A stretch of 63,408 bases of DNA, counting the filler, from Thraustochytrium aureum (lineage: Eukaryota), in assembly GCA_012862495.1 (NCBI GenBank). It is 11 parts of 7 records of this genome, joined end to end, with 100 filler letters (N's around TTAATTAATTAA, not from the genome) between each part and the next. Parts side by side here need not be neighbours in the genome. Positions count along the whole stretch, not along the records: positions 5,091 to 21,548 come from BLSG01000282.1; positions 21,649 to 28,354 come from BLSG01000282.1; 9 more parts are not named here. One strand, given 5' to 3'. Positions 12,403 through 24,393 of the stretch are shown here, one piece after another. Position numbers and translations under genes: made by a program. The notes under the pieces are model-generated. The model searched no databases, was not told the origin of the DNA, and saw only the letters and a list, made by a program, of their open reading frames with translations. Every line of letters starts with the position of its first letter. The stretch's first letter is position 1.

Positions 12403-12793
12403 CCCAAATCCTTCAATCCGTCCCCAGACCGCCAACTCCAACTCGCGCTGACCTGAACCAGACGGTGCGCTACGGGCCACACTCGCCTCGTCCTCTGCTG
12501 GCGCTGGTGCTGCTGGCGCTGCTGGCGCTGCTGGCGGGTGTATGCGGCTTGTCCGAGGCGGCACTTGAACGCAACGAGCTCAGTTTCTAGATCATCGCTG
12601 CTTGGGCACGAAGTACAGCAACTGTGCCCTCGAGCATGTCGTGCGTGCACCGAGGCAGTCGAGGACGTGGCGCGCCTTGCGGGCGTACCCCAGCGGAGTT
12701 CGGGCGCAGCGGAGATAGAAGCAGTGTTTAAAAGTCTCGTTTCAGGTAATGTGTACAGATGCCGAGGCGAGGCCCCAGCCGCGCTCTCTAGAG

Positions 12794-13894
12794 CTAGATT
12801 CGGGCGAGCTCGATGGTGCTAGGTTTCATGGCGGACCCCTCGCCGGCGTCTGCCTCGGAAGACTTCACGGCGACGACCACGATGCCAATATTGGCCGCGT
12901 CGGCGCCGCCGTTGTCGATGTAGTCTGCGGTTGCGAGCTCTTGTTCGAGCTCTGCTTGACGGATTGAACGGGAGGCATCCTTGTCGCTGTCGATGAAGGC
13001 AGCGTTCTGCTGCGACCACCTCCGCTCGCTGTTCGCCATCGTCAGGTGCAGCGGGTTGAGGCGCACTGCAGCAATGAAGACCAGTACGTTGGACAAAGCG
13101 AAAACGGCGATAGAAGATATCGAAAGGGCGCTGTAGATCCAGCGGCATTCCGGCTCGAAGAGAAGGAGAGAGAGTGAGATGAGCCAGACAATGTTGGCGA
13201 CGGGGTCAAGGCGCAGCCAGATGATTGGCCGCGAGCTTCCCAAGCAAAGTACACCGCTACAACACAAGCACGAGAGCATAATTGCGCTGACGATCAGGAA
13301 CCATGCAACTTGCAGCGCAATGTACGCGGCCTGGATGTCTGCGCGCCCTTCGACGACACTCTCGCACGCCGAAGTGGCCACCTTGATTCTCTCGGCCAAG
13401 GACTCGTTGTTGACGATGACGTCCAGGCTCGTGCCCCAGCCGTCTACGTAGTTGCGCTCGGGCGCGACTTGGTACAGAACCTGCGGCTGCGAGGTCGCCA
13501 ACGTGGCAAACACCTTGATCGCGGCAAAAAACTTCAGCGAGTCTGGCGCCTCCGTGTCCAACCTGTGCACTGCGCCCCATATACAGAGAAGAAAGCCCAA
13601 GCAGAGCAACAGCACAATGCCCTGGTTGCTCAAGGGGGAAAGCATATCTGCGCTGTACCCAATCACGAGAACCATCAAGCCAACCACAGCGCCGGCGCCG
13701 CGCACCAGCCACTTGTGCGACATGTCCGGGTACCAGCACACCGCCAGGCAAGCCGCCATCATCGCGACATTATGCGTCATCACCACGGAGCTAACCTCGT
13801 TGGGAACAACAAAGCCGTCGCCCATGACCACGAGCACGACCGCGACAAGCGTGGCAACGACCGTCAGCCTCGCGAGCACACCGTGCAGAGCCAT
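12794..13894 (-). CDS. Uncharacterised multi-pass membrane protein
   Basis: Long ORF with roughly 7-8 hydrophobic segments from the ATG at 13894. No family recognised. Confidence 0.65.
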   Translation of the reverse strand: MALHGVLARLTVVATLVAVVLVVMGDGFVVPNEVSSVVMTHNVAMMAACLAVCWYPDMSHKWLVRGAGAVVGLMVLVIGYSADMLSPLSNQGIVLLLCLGFLLCIWGAVHRLDTEAPDSLKFFAAIKVFATLATSQPQVLYQVAPERNYVDGWGTSLDVIVNNESLAERIKVATSACESVVEGRADIQAAYIALQVAWFLIVSAIMLSCLCCSGVLCLGSSRPIIWLRLDPVANIVWLISLSLLLFEPECRWIYSALSISSIAVFALSNVLVFIAAVRLNPLHLTMANSERRWSQQNAAFIDSDKDASRSIRQAELEQELATADYIDNGGADAANIGIVVVAVKSSEADAGEGSAMKPSTIELARI

Positions 13895-14299
13895 CCCGGC
13901 CGCGAGGTACCTTCGCTCGCTCGCTCGTCCGAGATGCGCCACGCGTCCAGGAGCGCAACGTCCAGCGTCACTCTGCTCTCGGCCACTGTCCCGCAGAGTC
14001 AGTTTCGGGACTGCCTGCGTGCGCGAGCCTGAATACAATGAGCGCTTCTCGTGGGCCAATAGTTTGACCTCAATGAAATTAGAAAACTTGATTTGATTAG
14101 TACAAATTGTTCGTGTGTTTGAGAAGGTGTAAACTATCGGCCCGAACGGGGTCTTGTGTGCTGGAAAGTAATGGCCCACAGTGGACGTCCAAGAGCGCGG
14201 GGTCGATAAGGGAATGACACGGCGCACCACCCATAACCCATTGGTGTGCTCGTGCGGAATGTGTGCAGCGCGGATTGCGCGTCGAAAGAGCCCTGTACG

Positions 14300-14588
14300 T
14301 GACGATTGTTTGCGTCACTTGGGCAGCCAATGACGTGGACAGGCACCCCGACGGTTGAAAAGAGATGGATTCCACGCACATGCGCATGGAAAACACACCC
14401 AAACGCGCGTCAGCAAGGGGGCTTCATCACGTGAAGCCTACGCAGAAAAGACACAGACCTTCGTCACACAGCATCCTCTGTGACGTAATACTACGCGAAC
14501 GACACTCGTCTATACGGGGGTTTCGTTTCGTGGTGCGGGCAACACAGGAGGGAAAGTGAACCTCGTCACTTGAGCCCCTAGCCTGACG
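14300..14588. promoter_or_regulatory. Cluster of TGACG/CGTCA (bZIP CRE/as-1-type) motifs in a divergent promoter
   Basis: Eight copies at 14300, 14313, 14331, 14408, 14462, 14481, 14564, 14584, plus TCACGTGA at 14427, between divergent genes. Confidence 0.5.
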
Positions 14589-14871
14589 TAAATGTCAGCC
14601 GTAGACGCCCTTCGTCTTCTCAGGGTCTTCGTTACGTAGTCTGGAGGACGACCCCTCGCGTATCGTTCGCACTAGTTACGCGAATGGGGTCGTCCGCGCC
14701 GTGGTGTTCGGGGAAGCCTCCAAGTCGCCACCCGATCCTTGTCGCGCTCAGCGGGTCGCTTGCGTCGCGCTCCGCCAGACGCCTCGCGGCATCAGCTGCT
14801 GCCTTGCAGCGGTCTCACTGCTCGGCCGCCTTCTGTTCTTGCCCGTGCTGCGCTGGCCCCGGTGTTGGTGG

Positions 14872-15403
14872 ATGGCCGCAATGAATGGGTCAGATCAAGT
14901 GGACGACGACCCGGACAGCGCTCGGTCGAGCGCTGGCCGAGGCGCTGACGCAAGCGGGCCTGCGAAGGGCGCGGCTGGCGATAGCGATGGGGACGCCGAG
15001 TCGCATCTTGTGAACAAGGCGCTCGACGAGGAGGAGGTCGAGGAGGCGAGGCGGAAGACTGGCATGTCGATTATTGAGCTTGACATACGCGAGCTGGAGC
15101 GCGCGTGCGAGCACTTGGAACGGTCGAACAGCGAGCTGCGCGAGTTTCTTGCAGAGAGTGGGCCGGACCGCGACTTTGAGCTCGCAATTGAGGAGAACGA
15201 GGACGCGCTTGGGGTCAAGCGGCAGCGGATCGCAGATCTCCGAGCGATCCTCGACCGGGCGGCTCGAGGGCTGCCTGCACCTATGCCAACGTTCCTCGAG
15301 AGCGATCCAGCCACCAAGGGCAAAATTCCTGTTCTCTTGCAGCACACAGAGCGGAAACCGCCCCCCGTGCCAGCGCCAGCGAGCGAGAGCGACGAACCGC
15401 GAG
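14872..15403 (+). CDS. Tma17/Adc17-like small coiled-coil protein (runs into N gap)
   Basis: ELERACEHLERSNSELREF...DRDFELAIEENEDAL...RQRIADL matches the HL..SN..L...D...AI.EN...RI pattern I recall for fungal Tma17-family proteins. Confidence 0.55.
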
Positions 15404-15881
15404 NNNNNNNNNNNNNNNNNNNNNNNNNNNNNNNNNNNNNNNNNNNNNNNNNNNNNNNNNNNNNNNNNNNNNNNNNNNNNNNNNNNNNNNNNNNNNNNNN
15501 NNNNNNNNNNNNNNNNNNNNNNNNNNNNNNNNNNNNNNNNNNNNNNNNNNNNNNNNNNNNNNNNNNNNNNNNNNNNNNNNNNNNNNNNNNNNNNNNNNNN
15601 NNNNNNNNNNNNNNNNNNNNNNNNNNNNNNNNNNNNNNNNNNNNNNNNNNNNNNNNNNNNNCGAGGCAGGCAGCGGCGAGACGGCAGACGCGAAGGAGCC
15701 TCGCAACAGCGAGGCACAGGAGCAGCAAGCTGGGGACGCGCAGGAGCCAGAGCATGGGGTTTCCTGTAAGCAGCGCAGCCGGGGGCGGCGCGGCTGACTA
15801 GCGGCCGCTGGCGCCGCCTCGGGGCCCGCCCTGGCATTCGCTTGTAGCCCAGAAGTAAATACATGTTATGAAACTCAGACT

Positions 15882-18677
15882 TCACAGCGCAAACTTGACC
15901 GGCAAAACGGACTGCGCGCCATTCGGTCGTTCGGCCTCGGGAGAACCCGAGGCAAGCGGCGGCTGCAGCGCCCGTGGGTGCAACGGCGCAGGGGTCTCAA
16001 ACACGGGCGATTGCCGAGTCCGGCAGACAAGCGCTGGCGTCACTGCCTCGGTGGGTGGCATCGGCAGCTTTCGTGCTCGAGACGGCGCTGGGGTCTCGAG
16101 CACAGAGCGCTCTGGCGACTCGGCAGCTGAGGTCGCCCGGGCTGCCGGGCTTGCCAGCGGCCCGCCAAGCCCTCGCTCCCCATGTTTTACTTGGCCCGAG
16201 GTTGCTCGATCTGCGGGGAGGCGGAGCAGTTGCTCCAAACGCGAAGCCAAGCGTCTCATTTCGAGCACCATCACGCGCTTCGAATGCTGGAGGTCCTTGA
16301 TCCTCGGCGCCGCTGAGTCGATGCCCTCGAGCTCGTTGGCAAACGCCGCGATCCCGTCCGCCTGCGCGCAAAGCTGGTCGTGCAGGCCAGTCAGTGTGTG
16401 GCACTGCGCCTCGAGCTCCCTGGCAAGCGCGTCAAGCGCACGCCGACTCTCGGCGTGCATCTGCCGCAGCACCGTGGTGACTGCTCGTGCGTCCACATCG
16501 TCGCCAAATTCGGCGCGCAGATTGGCCCGCCCGAACAGGCGACCGATCTCGGCGTCATCAGCGAGTCGCTGCCCGAGGAGCTCGAGCGTGTTGTCCATGT
16601 AGCCGGCCTCCTCCTCGACGCGCTTGACGAGCGCGCGGTGTGCATCGTTGGGGAAGCACTCTGCAAGAACCCTTTTGGGCACCGCGAGCTGCGACCTGAG
16701 CGAGGCCGGCTTGTCCACACCCCGGACGGCCACCAGAGGGTCGCTGATGGACTTACTCCTCCGCTCCTCGGCCTGGGCAAGCGCGTCGTCCAACGGGCCG
16801 AGGAGCCCCTGCCAATGCTCGGGATACACGGGTATCGCAGCCTCGACAGCCGCGGCGTCGTTCGCAGTCCCAGCAGGAGCGTTCGCGCCGCACTCCTCGG
16901 GCGCCTGGCACGTGGCGCCGCCTCCGCAGTCGGCCTGCGCCCCGACCGGCTCAGCCTCGACGGGGCGGCCCGGCACAGGCTCGGTGAGATCCACATCGGG
17001 GCACTCTGGCACGCTTGCGCGCTGGCGGGGCTGGCGGGGCTGGCGGAGGCTCGGTTGGCGCGGCGGCATCCATGGGCGTCGGGTCGGCCGCTTCAACCTG
17101 CACTCTTGCCGCGACGGTGTCAGCGGCCGCCCGGCCTCCTGCTGGCAGCATCGGGGTCAGCGAGGCTGTTCCTGCCGTACATGTACGCCCACTGCAGCCG
17201 CGCGTCCTGGACCGAGCGCCACGGGCCCGCGTTGAACACTGTGTTGCGGCAAACGATGGATCCCCGCGCGTAGTCCCGTTGTCGTCGGGCCCGTGGTTTG
17301 CCCCGCTGCGGAGGGGCTCGCGCGGGTGCCGGGGGGCGGCCGGGCGACGCACGAGGATGCCGCGAAGGCGCTCCTGCTGGTGGTTGGAGGCCAGCACGAG
17401 CCGGGGTCGACGTGCCGTACGACCGACGCCGCCGCCTCGCACCGCTCGAAGCTCGTCACGTAGCAGAGCGGCTGCGTGGGCCCGCTAGCGTCGCTCCAGC
17501 GAACGCGGCGCGAGCTCTTGCCGGGTTGTGGCGCTGGCCGCTCGGTTGGGCCGGGGGACGAGGGCTCGCCGAGGCCAGCTTGGACGCGGTGGAGCTCCTC
17601 GCCGCCGCTGTGGGCCTGAGCCTCGCTCGGCGGAACAGCGCTGCTCGCGGCGCGCCGCTGGGCGGGGACAGGGGCGCTCATTGGGCGCGCAGACCCGGGC
17701 GAGGTGGTGTGACGCGCAGAGTCGCTGCGGCCCGAGGCGTGGGTCGCCGCCGCGCCAAGGAACACGACTCGCTCCGTTGGGGCCGGGTCCTCGATGCGAG
17801 GCAAACTGCTGCTGCTGCTGCTACGAGGTGCTTGCGACAGGACGTGGCGCCGGGCCCATCGCTGCATCTTGAGCACACTAGAGACCGCGTCTGGGGCCGC
17901 CCGCTGCGGCCCGGGCGGCGCACGACGCCTGCGGGCCGCCGCCTTCTTGTCGCGACACCCCCGTCGAGGGCTGTCACTTCCGCTGCTCAGCGCATTGTAG
18001 CGCTCCTCCGCCTGATTGTTGTGGATCCCCTCGGATTTTGCTTGGCGCAGGCTAGTCCGTCGCGCGCTTGCGTGGACACGTCGAAGCTGGGGGCCAGCCT
18101 GCGCCATTCTCGCATCCGCCGTCCTAGGCCGCGTCAGTCGTTTGGCGCTTGGGCGTATCCGAGAAAGCTGTGCACCGCCGCGCTCGGCTTGGAGCAGACG
18201 GTCCAGAATGTCCGTGGCGGCTGGAGCTCCCTTGGTTGAGGCCAGCGCCAGTTTGGTGTGCTTGTCGGCGATTTGGAACGCCCCGAGCGCCCCCGATCTG
18301 TCCCGTCGCGTCTTGCGCCCTGGCGTCGTTGCCTGTGCCCATGTCCCAAACGGCGAGATCCCACCTGCCCACGGCTGCGAGGCCGCCAGCGTCGGCCGGC
18401 GAGGGCTCGGCCGCGCCCGCACCGCGAGCCGCTGCCTTGTTCCTAGCAGCCCGACATCGCCTATGGCGGTCTTGTGGCGCTCCATTGCTGCTCCGTTCTT
18501 CGAGCGCCGCTTTCCCGGTGTCGGCGGCAGCACCTCAGGCGACACGTCTCGGGTCAGTGCTGCAGTTGTGCTTTGCCATACCCCAGGGCGACCCGCGATC
18601 TCGCTGGATCTATGCCTGCCTGCCCTTCTGCTTCCACTTGCGCGATGCCAGAGTCGATGGCAACGGCGCGCGGCCAC
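15882..18677 (-). CDS. Large low-complexity hypothetical protein, probably one gene split by frameshifts (ORFs 17157-18677 and 15882-17096)
   Basis: Consecutive same-strand ORFs, mostly disordered. Helical segment near 16250-16750 and an RRVRWSD motif near 17500. Confidence 0.45.
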
Positions 18678-19369
18678 GATGCAGCGCGACTGGCCAGACC
18701 AAGCGATGCGATGCTCGTTACGGCATAACGCGGCCTAAAACGAACACTTTCTTGCCATGCCTCATCAAAACCTTTCTTGAAATCAAGAAAAAAAGCAACG
18801 AGGCAGACAAGAGCTGCTCCAAAAGAATGATTCTGCCATTGCCCGCCTCACAGGGCTCTGTCGGTGTTCGTTCAGGTGCTTCTGGCAGAATCTGGCTGGA
18901 TGGTGGATGAGCGAGTGGACGCAGCGCTGGGGACCCGACTCAAAACGCTCACAGACATGCGACGCAGACGCCACGCCGGCGAGCGCCAACGAGGCGGCCA
19001 GGCTTGAGTGCTTGCGCTTCTTTTCATTTCAAAAGATAGAGCCCCCGCAAAGCCCACGCGCTGCTGCAGTCGCCCCTCACACGACGGCCTGCTCGGCCTG
19101 TCGAGACCTTGGCTACCATTTGATTTGCTTTTGGAGCTGTCAACGGATAGATTATATAGTGGGTTGGGCAAAGGGCTCGCTGGGCCCGACGCGGCGCGTT
19201 TCGAGAATCTGGTTTATTGTGAATGGGTGTTGCTGCTTGGGCAGAGCGCGCGCCAGCACTCGAGATGCTGTTGCCGACACTGCAAGCTCAGTTCCAACTT
19301 GTGCGGCTGGGCTCCTGCGCCTACCGAACGGCGCAGCACCTCTGGGCTTGCTCGAGGCTGCGCGCCTGG

Positions 19370-20146
19370 CTAGATGCGCGTCGCGCGAAAGATGATCGTT
19401 TGCGCGTCGCGCGTCTGAAGACGAGGAACGAAGTAGTTGCCAGAGTCGAACGGAAGCCCAAGAACGAACGTCCAAAACTTGAACAAGTTTTCCCACGGCG
19501 CGGCCGCGCCGAGAACGAGCATATCGGCAAAGTGCGCTTGTTGCGCCCACTCCTTAAACAGCGCTCGCGGGAGCTGCGCGGCCGAGTACTGGAAGCTCGC
19601 GGCCTTGAACGTAGCGCTCGAGGAAACTCGCGCAAGGAAATCTTCAGCCTTTGCGCTGAAGCGCTTGCGCAGGGCAAAATGGCGAAAGCGAACAAAGTGC
19701 GCTTGCGCCAGGTCACCGTCGCGGACCTCAGAGGAGGCGGCTGTGCCGTTCTTCAGCTGGATGCTGGCTTCAGCCGCGTCCTCAAGGCCATTCACCAGCG
19801 CTGTACGCAGGCCGCTGTTGTTCTTGAGCGTCGCGAGCATGCACTGCACCTGCGCTTCGGCCTCTTCGCAGGATTTGCTATCTATGAAGAGCACGATGTT
19901 GAAATCAGACGCTGTATTGGCCTGGGCGGTGCCGTGGCCGGCCTGGACAAACCCCGGGCACTCACGGACCAACTGCGCTGCCGCTTCCGTCCGGTCGGCC
20001 AAGTTAGCCTCCGTGGCGTTCGCGTACTTGGCGCCGAAGAGCCAGCGGCACTCATCGGCTCTGGTTAACTGTGGGGCGTACGCTGCAACACCGACGAAAA
20101 CAGCCAGCACAGTCAGCACCTTCGTTTTGCTGGTGGTGGCGAACAT
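19370..20146 (-). CDS. Hypothetical secreted or signal-anchored protein
   Basis: MFATTSKTKVLTVLAVFVGVAAYA signal-like N-terminus, several Cys and N-x-S/T sequons, normal composition. Confidence 0.55.
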   Translation of the reverse strand: MFATTSKTKVLTVLAVFVGVAAYAPQLTRADECRWLFGAKYANATEANLADRTEAAAQLVRECPGFVQAGHGTAQANTASDFNIVLFIDSKSCEEAEAQVQCMLATLKNNSGLRTALVNGLEDAAEASIQLKNGTAASSEVRDGDLAQAHFVRFRHFALRKRFSAKAEDFLARVSSSATFKAASFQYSAAQLPRALFKEWAQQAHFADMLVLGAAAPWENLFKFWTFVLGLPFDSGNYFVPRLQTRDAQTIIFRATRI

Positions 20147-20647
20147 CTCCGATGCCTTTGCTTTTGTTGACGCGAGGCGAGCGATGCGGAAGGGTCTCTT
20201 CGGCGCTGCTCTGCTGACGGCGTGGTGGGCCTGTTGGTGTGCTTGCGTTGCGAGTCTGCCTCGGGAGGCAAGCTCGCTTGCGAGCACGACAACACCTACA
20301 AGAGATAGCGAAGCAGCAAAAGCAGGAGCGCAGCTGGGGCCACTCGAGCAGCCAGACCGGGCCGCCTCTGGGGCCGCAAATCCTTTGCATTGGCTGTCTG
20401 TTCGTCTTGCAGAGCGACCAGCTGGATACGCGTTGCGGCTGGGTAAGCGGGAGGGTTTGCGCAAGAGCGCACAATGTGGCGATTGGAAGAACTTGCGTCC
20501 CAGAACCGCTGAAATGTGGTTCAGCTGTTTTGCGCCAAGCGGTTGCGGACGTCGGGCGCCAACCGCGCCCGTGCCAAAGGAGGGGCGCAGCGGTTTGTCG
20601 CTCGATTGTTGCGCAAGGGTTCGGGTTCAGGGGCGTGTGGGTCTGCC

Positions 20648-20704
20648 AAAGTGCTCGTGGGCCTCAACAAAATGCAGCGAAAGTGCTCGTGGGCCTCAAC
20701 AAAA
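20648..20704. repeat. 25-bp direct repeat (AAAGTGCTCGTGGGCCTCAACAAAA), period 32
   Basis: Copies at 20648 and 20680 in intergenic DNA. Confidence 0.85.
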
Positions 20705-20782
20705 AGCAACGGGCATTTCTTCTGCTGGCTTCTCAAGAACAAAGACAAAGGGAGCCTGCACTGATTTCTCGCGGTCTGTTTG

Positions 20783-21548
20783 CTAGCTTTTGGCATTCAT
20801 TTGAAAGAGCTGCTCCGGCCGGCCGACGCCCCAGGAGATCCACGGTTTTGCTCGCCTACTTTTTTTGCTCTTCTTGTTCTTCTTGTCTTTCTTGGCCTTT
20901 TTGCTCTTCCTGTGCTTGCCGGTCTTGTCCTCGTCGTCTTCCTCGTCTTCATCCGAGTCGGACGAATCGTCGCTCGACTCTGACTCGTTCTGTTCGTCGA
21001 GGTGGTCGTGCGAGATCTGGCCGACGCCGTGCGAGGACGGGTAGTCGCCAGACTGCGAGCGAATGTTGTACTCTTCAAGATCCTTTTGGTACTGCACCTT
21101 GAGCTGGAGCGCCTTGTCCTCGTACTTGCGCTTTTCTTGTGGCGGGGCACGTTCCCACATCTCGCCGATCTTGGACATGATCTCTGTGTTTTTGAATTCC
21201 GGGTGGTCGCGCTTGATCTTCTTGCGCGCGTCCATCGAGTAGCAGAGGTACGCGGACATGGGCCGCCTGGGCAGCGCACCGACCGCGTGCGTGGTGCTCT
21301 GGCGTCAGCGCCCGCGTCGCCGGCACGAGAGACCGAGCGAGAACAGGAACAAACAAAAACTTACTTGGGCGCGTTCGGGTCGCGCGACGCCTTTTTGCGC
21401 TTGCGCTCCGGGCGGCTGAGCGAGTCAATGCCGCCAACGCCCTCCACGACCAAAAACTGCTCGTGGGAGGCGAGCTTGGCCTTGTACCTCGCAGCAAGGT
21501 GCTCGAGCTCCGCAAAAAAGTCGACCAGGTCGCGTACCGCCGAGTGCG
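20783..21548 (-). CDS. HMG-box protein with acidic and Lys-rich tail; 5'-partial; intron 21267-21364
   Basis: RDPNAPK|RPMSAYLCYSMDARKKIKRDHPEFKNTEIMSKIGEMWE...KRKYEDKA...Y. GTAAGT donor, CTGAC branch point, CAG acceptor. True stop may be near 20856 if the A7 run is over-called. Confidence 0.9.
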
Positions 21549-21922
21549 NNNNNNNNNNNNNNNNNNNNNNNNNNNNNNNNNNNNNNNNNNNNTTAATTAA
21601 TTAANNNNNNNNNNNNNNNNNNNNNNNNNNNNNNNNNNNNNNNNNNNNCGGCAGAGAGTGCAGCGTTGACCATTACACAGACAGTTACCTGGTTAACACT
21701 GGTGGTTTTGCGTAGAGAAACATGGGCTGAGCGCTGTGCTGCTGCTGCTGCTGCTGCTGTCGGCCTCCGACACGCTTTCATTAAGCGTATTGGCCGCATG
21801 CAAGGATGAGCTGCAGCTCCTGCGCAGGACTGTTTCCGCCGAGCGTGAAGGTAATCATGGAGCGCCAAGGCGGGCGAGGTCGCCAAAGCACACGACTCCA
21901 ACGCGCGCTCTATGATACTCAC

Positions 21923-22551
21923 CGAAGCGCCAGTGAAGCATTTTGTGACAAACTCCATCTCCACGGTGACATTCGCTCCTGGTGCGATGGCAATGTTGCC
22001 GCTGCGTCTCCGGGTTGAATCCCGACATCAACAGGTTCGTCTTTGGGATCGGGATTGAAATAGTCCACGTCTGCCGTGATGGCCGAAACTGTGACAGACT
22101 CAGGGGCGGGGTTTACAACGACCATGCGCTGCAGTGTCCTCAGCCGCTCACCGAAGCAAAACAAATCGCAGCACTCCGTCGAGATTGTTTTGCTGTTCAG
22201 CCACGACTCGAGATACAGTCCGCTTGGCCCATTCTGCCGTGTTGGCGAAGCTGTTGGCGTGCGTGAATTGCCGTCCTCGTCCTTGGTCGGCGAAGTGGTT
22301 GGGGCGGACCCGGCAAATGGAGGCAAGGTGGCGGCAGCAGAAGGCGCCCTCGTCTCCACTGAGCTTGTGGGCGTCGCCGTGGCCGGCTCCAAGACTTCGG
22401 CGTTGCTCCCGGCCACGCCGCTAAACACGATGGCCGCAGCAGCAATGGCGACAAGAACCATGCCGCCAAGGACGAAGAACACCTTGCGCCTCCGCGGCGG
22501 CTCGCCGCTGGCCGCAGGAAAGCCTGAGCTCGGGTTCTTGGGGTTCACCAT
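21923..22551 (-). CDS. Type II membrane protein with Thr/Pro-rich stalk and LEA_2/WHy-like domain (boundaries uncertain)
   Basis: RRRK then TM VFFVLGGMVLVAIAAAAIVF, mucin-like stalk, then MVVVNPAPESVTVSAITADVDY and, after a 1-nt shift, IAPGANVTVEMEF followed by a GTGAGT donor-like site. Confidence 0.5.
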
Positions 22552-23830
22552 TGCAAACCCCACGCCTTTGGTGAACGACAGCGCGAGTCGGACCCGTTCG
22601 AGTGGCGCACGGCACCGTCGAGCCCGCTCGGGTTGATTGGCGGCCGGCTTTGGAACCGGGTCGATACGAAGCGCCGAATGCTGGGGATGCCTCCAAAGTT
22701 GTACCAGCCACTTACAGAGCGGCCGACATCATAAAACTCGGGGCTGGGATCACGCGCGACTCGATGTCGGGTCGCCTGGCGCTCGGCCCCACCGACGTGA
22801 GCTCGCTGCGGTCCATCCTCCAGGGGACTGGGCAGGGCGAGCTTGGCGCGTTTATCCTCGGCCTCCGGCAGGCCGAGCGGCGTCCCGAGCGGCGTCCCGA
22901 GCCAGCGACGCCGCGTTTGTTTTCCGAAGGCCCTCCTCCGCGCGTCTTGAACCCACCGGGCCTCGCGCTTTGGGGAGGCCACCCAAGCAGCAAGCAGCCT
23001 TCGCACCGCGCAAGCGCGCCCGACGTACTGGCAGAAACGCACTGGCAGGCGGCAGCGCGAGCACGATCGCAGGCCTGGCGTGCAACGATCGGCAGCAGCG
23101 ACTCGAAAGGCTCTGTGAACCTGCTCGCCGCATTGATTGGCATGGGTGCACCAACATCTCCAACTCCATTTGCACGTGGAGTACCAAGCACTGGCAAAGC
23201 TGTGAACTCGTCAGAGTCAAACCCGCCCTTCCACTTCCGTCGCGATTCGCTCAAGACTCGACCGGCCATCTCCACCTCCGCCCGCGGCACCAATGGGAGC
23301 GACGTGGCCCTCAGTTGTGTTCTCCGTCACATCGACCACATGAATCGCAGCTCTAGCGTCGCCGAGGGCGCCGCGCGTCCACAGCCTTCCCACTGGAATT
23401 TATCGCGTAAACGTAAAAGACGTACTCGCGAGCCACCGCCCAGAGGGCGAGAATGGCACCGGCAATCCGATTGTGATCGGCGGGCGGCCAAGCGATCATC
23501 GATCTGGTTGGCGAGGAGGGGTGAGACCGTGTGCTCGCAGTGCCCGCCTGAGCGCCGCCTGAGCGCCGCCTCAACAACAGCCAGCGCCAGTACCTGCCAG
23601 TACCGTCACAAAGCCAGGCAAGCAGGGCGCTGAGCGCCAACGCCAAACCAAGCCAAGCCTGCCTCGTTGGAACACCAACTCCCACGAGCGGTACATGCAC
23701 ACCGCGCGTGTTCCTACAACAGCGCGCCGCACAGGTCAAGCCCAGCGGGGTATGGTTGTGCACGAACGGAGCAATACAAGACGCGCGGAGTGTGCCGCTG
23801 CACGAGATGGTCAGGTATGCAGGCGAGCGA

Positions 23831-23878
23831 GCGAGCGACCCAGCGAGCGACCCAGCGAGCGACCCAGCGAGCGACCCA
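23831..23878. repeat. 12-bp tandem repeat (GCGAGCGACCCA) x4
   Basis: Four exact copies. Confidence 0.9.
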
Positions 23879-24393
23879 GCGAGCGCAGGGGGGGACGGAT
23901 ACTTACCAACTCTTCCTAGCCTACCTGCCTCCTTTGGCAACGGCAGTGGCGGGTGCAAGGCTCTACTTGCCAGCGGAGTGCAGTACTTACTCGCTGTCAA
24001 ACTCTGCTCAAACCAACGCGGGCCAATCCATCAGAGTGCCAAAAGTGGGCTCGTGCCGCAACACGAACCTGCGAGATTTGGTCCGTCAGCACGCACGAGT
24101 GCCGAGGGGCAGCCGGGTCCTCAACGCACATAATAACGGCATAATTGCCAATCTACGATGGAGTNNNNNNNNNNNNNNNNNNNNNNNNNNNNNNNNNNNN
24201 NNNNNNNNNNNNNNNNNNNNNNNNNNNNNNNNNNNNNNNNNNNNNNNNNNNNNNNNNNNNNNNNNNNNNNNNNNNNNNNNNNNNNNNNNNNNNNNNNNNN
24301 NNNNNNNNNNNNNNNNNNNNNNNNNNNNNNNNNNNCACAATCTACGATGGAGTGGACTAGTGGCCAAGATACCCCGCTGCTCCAATCCTTCCT

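Noticed and set aside
22602..24140. Several ORFs upstream of the LEA_2-like gene
   Set aside because: No recognisable motifs or clear coding bias. A GTAAGT at ~22715 on the minus strand hints at an upstream exon, but I cannot support a model.
24150..24353. CAATCTACGATGGAGT repeated on both sides of an N gap (possible target-site duplication)
   Set aside because: More likely overlapping contig ends across a spurious gap. The inside cannot be seen.
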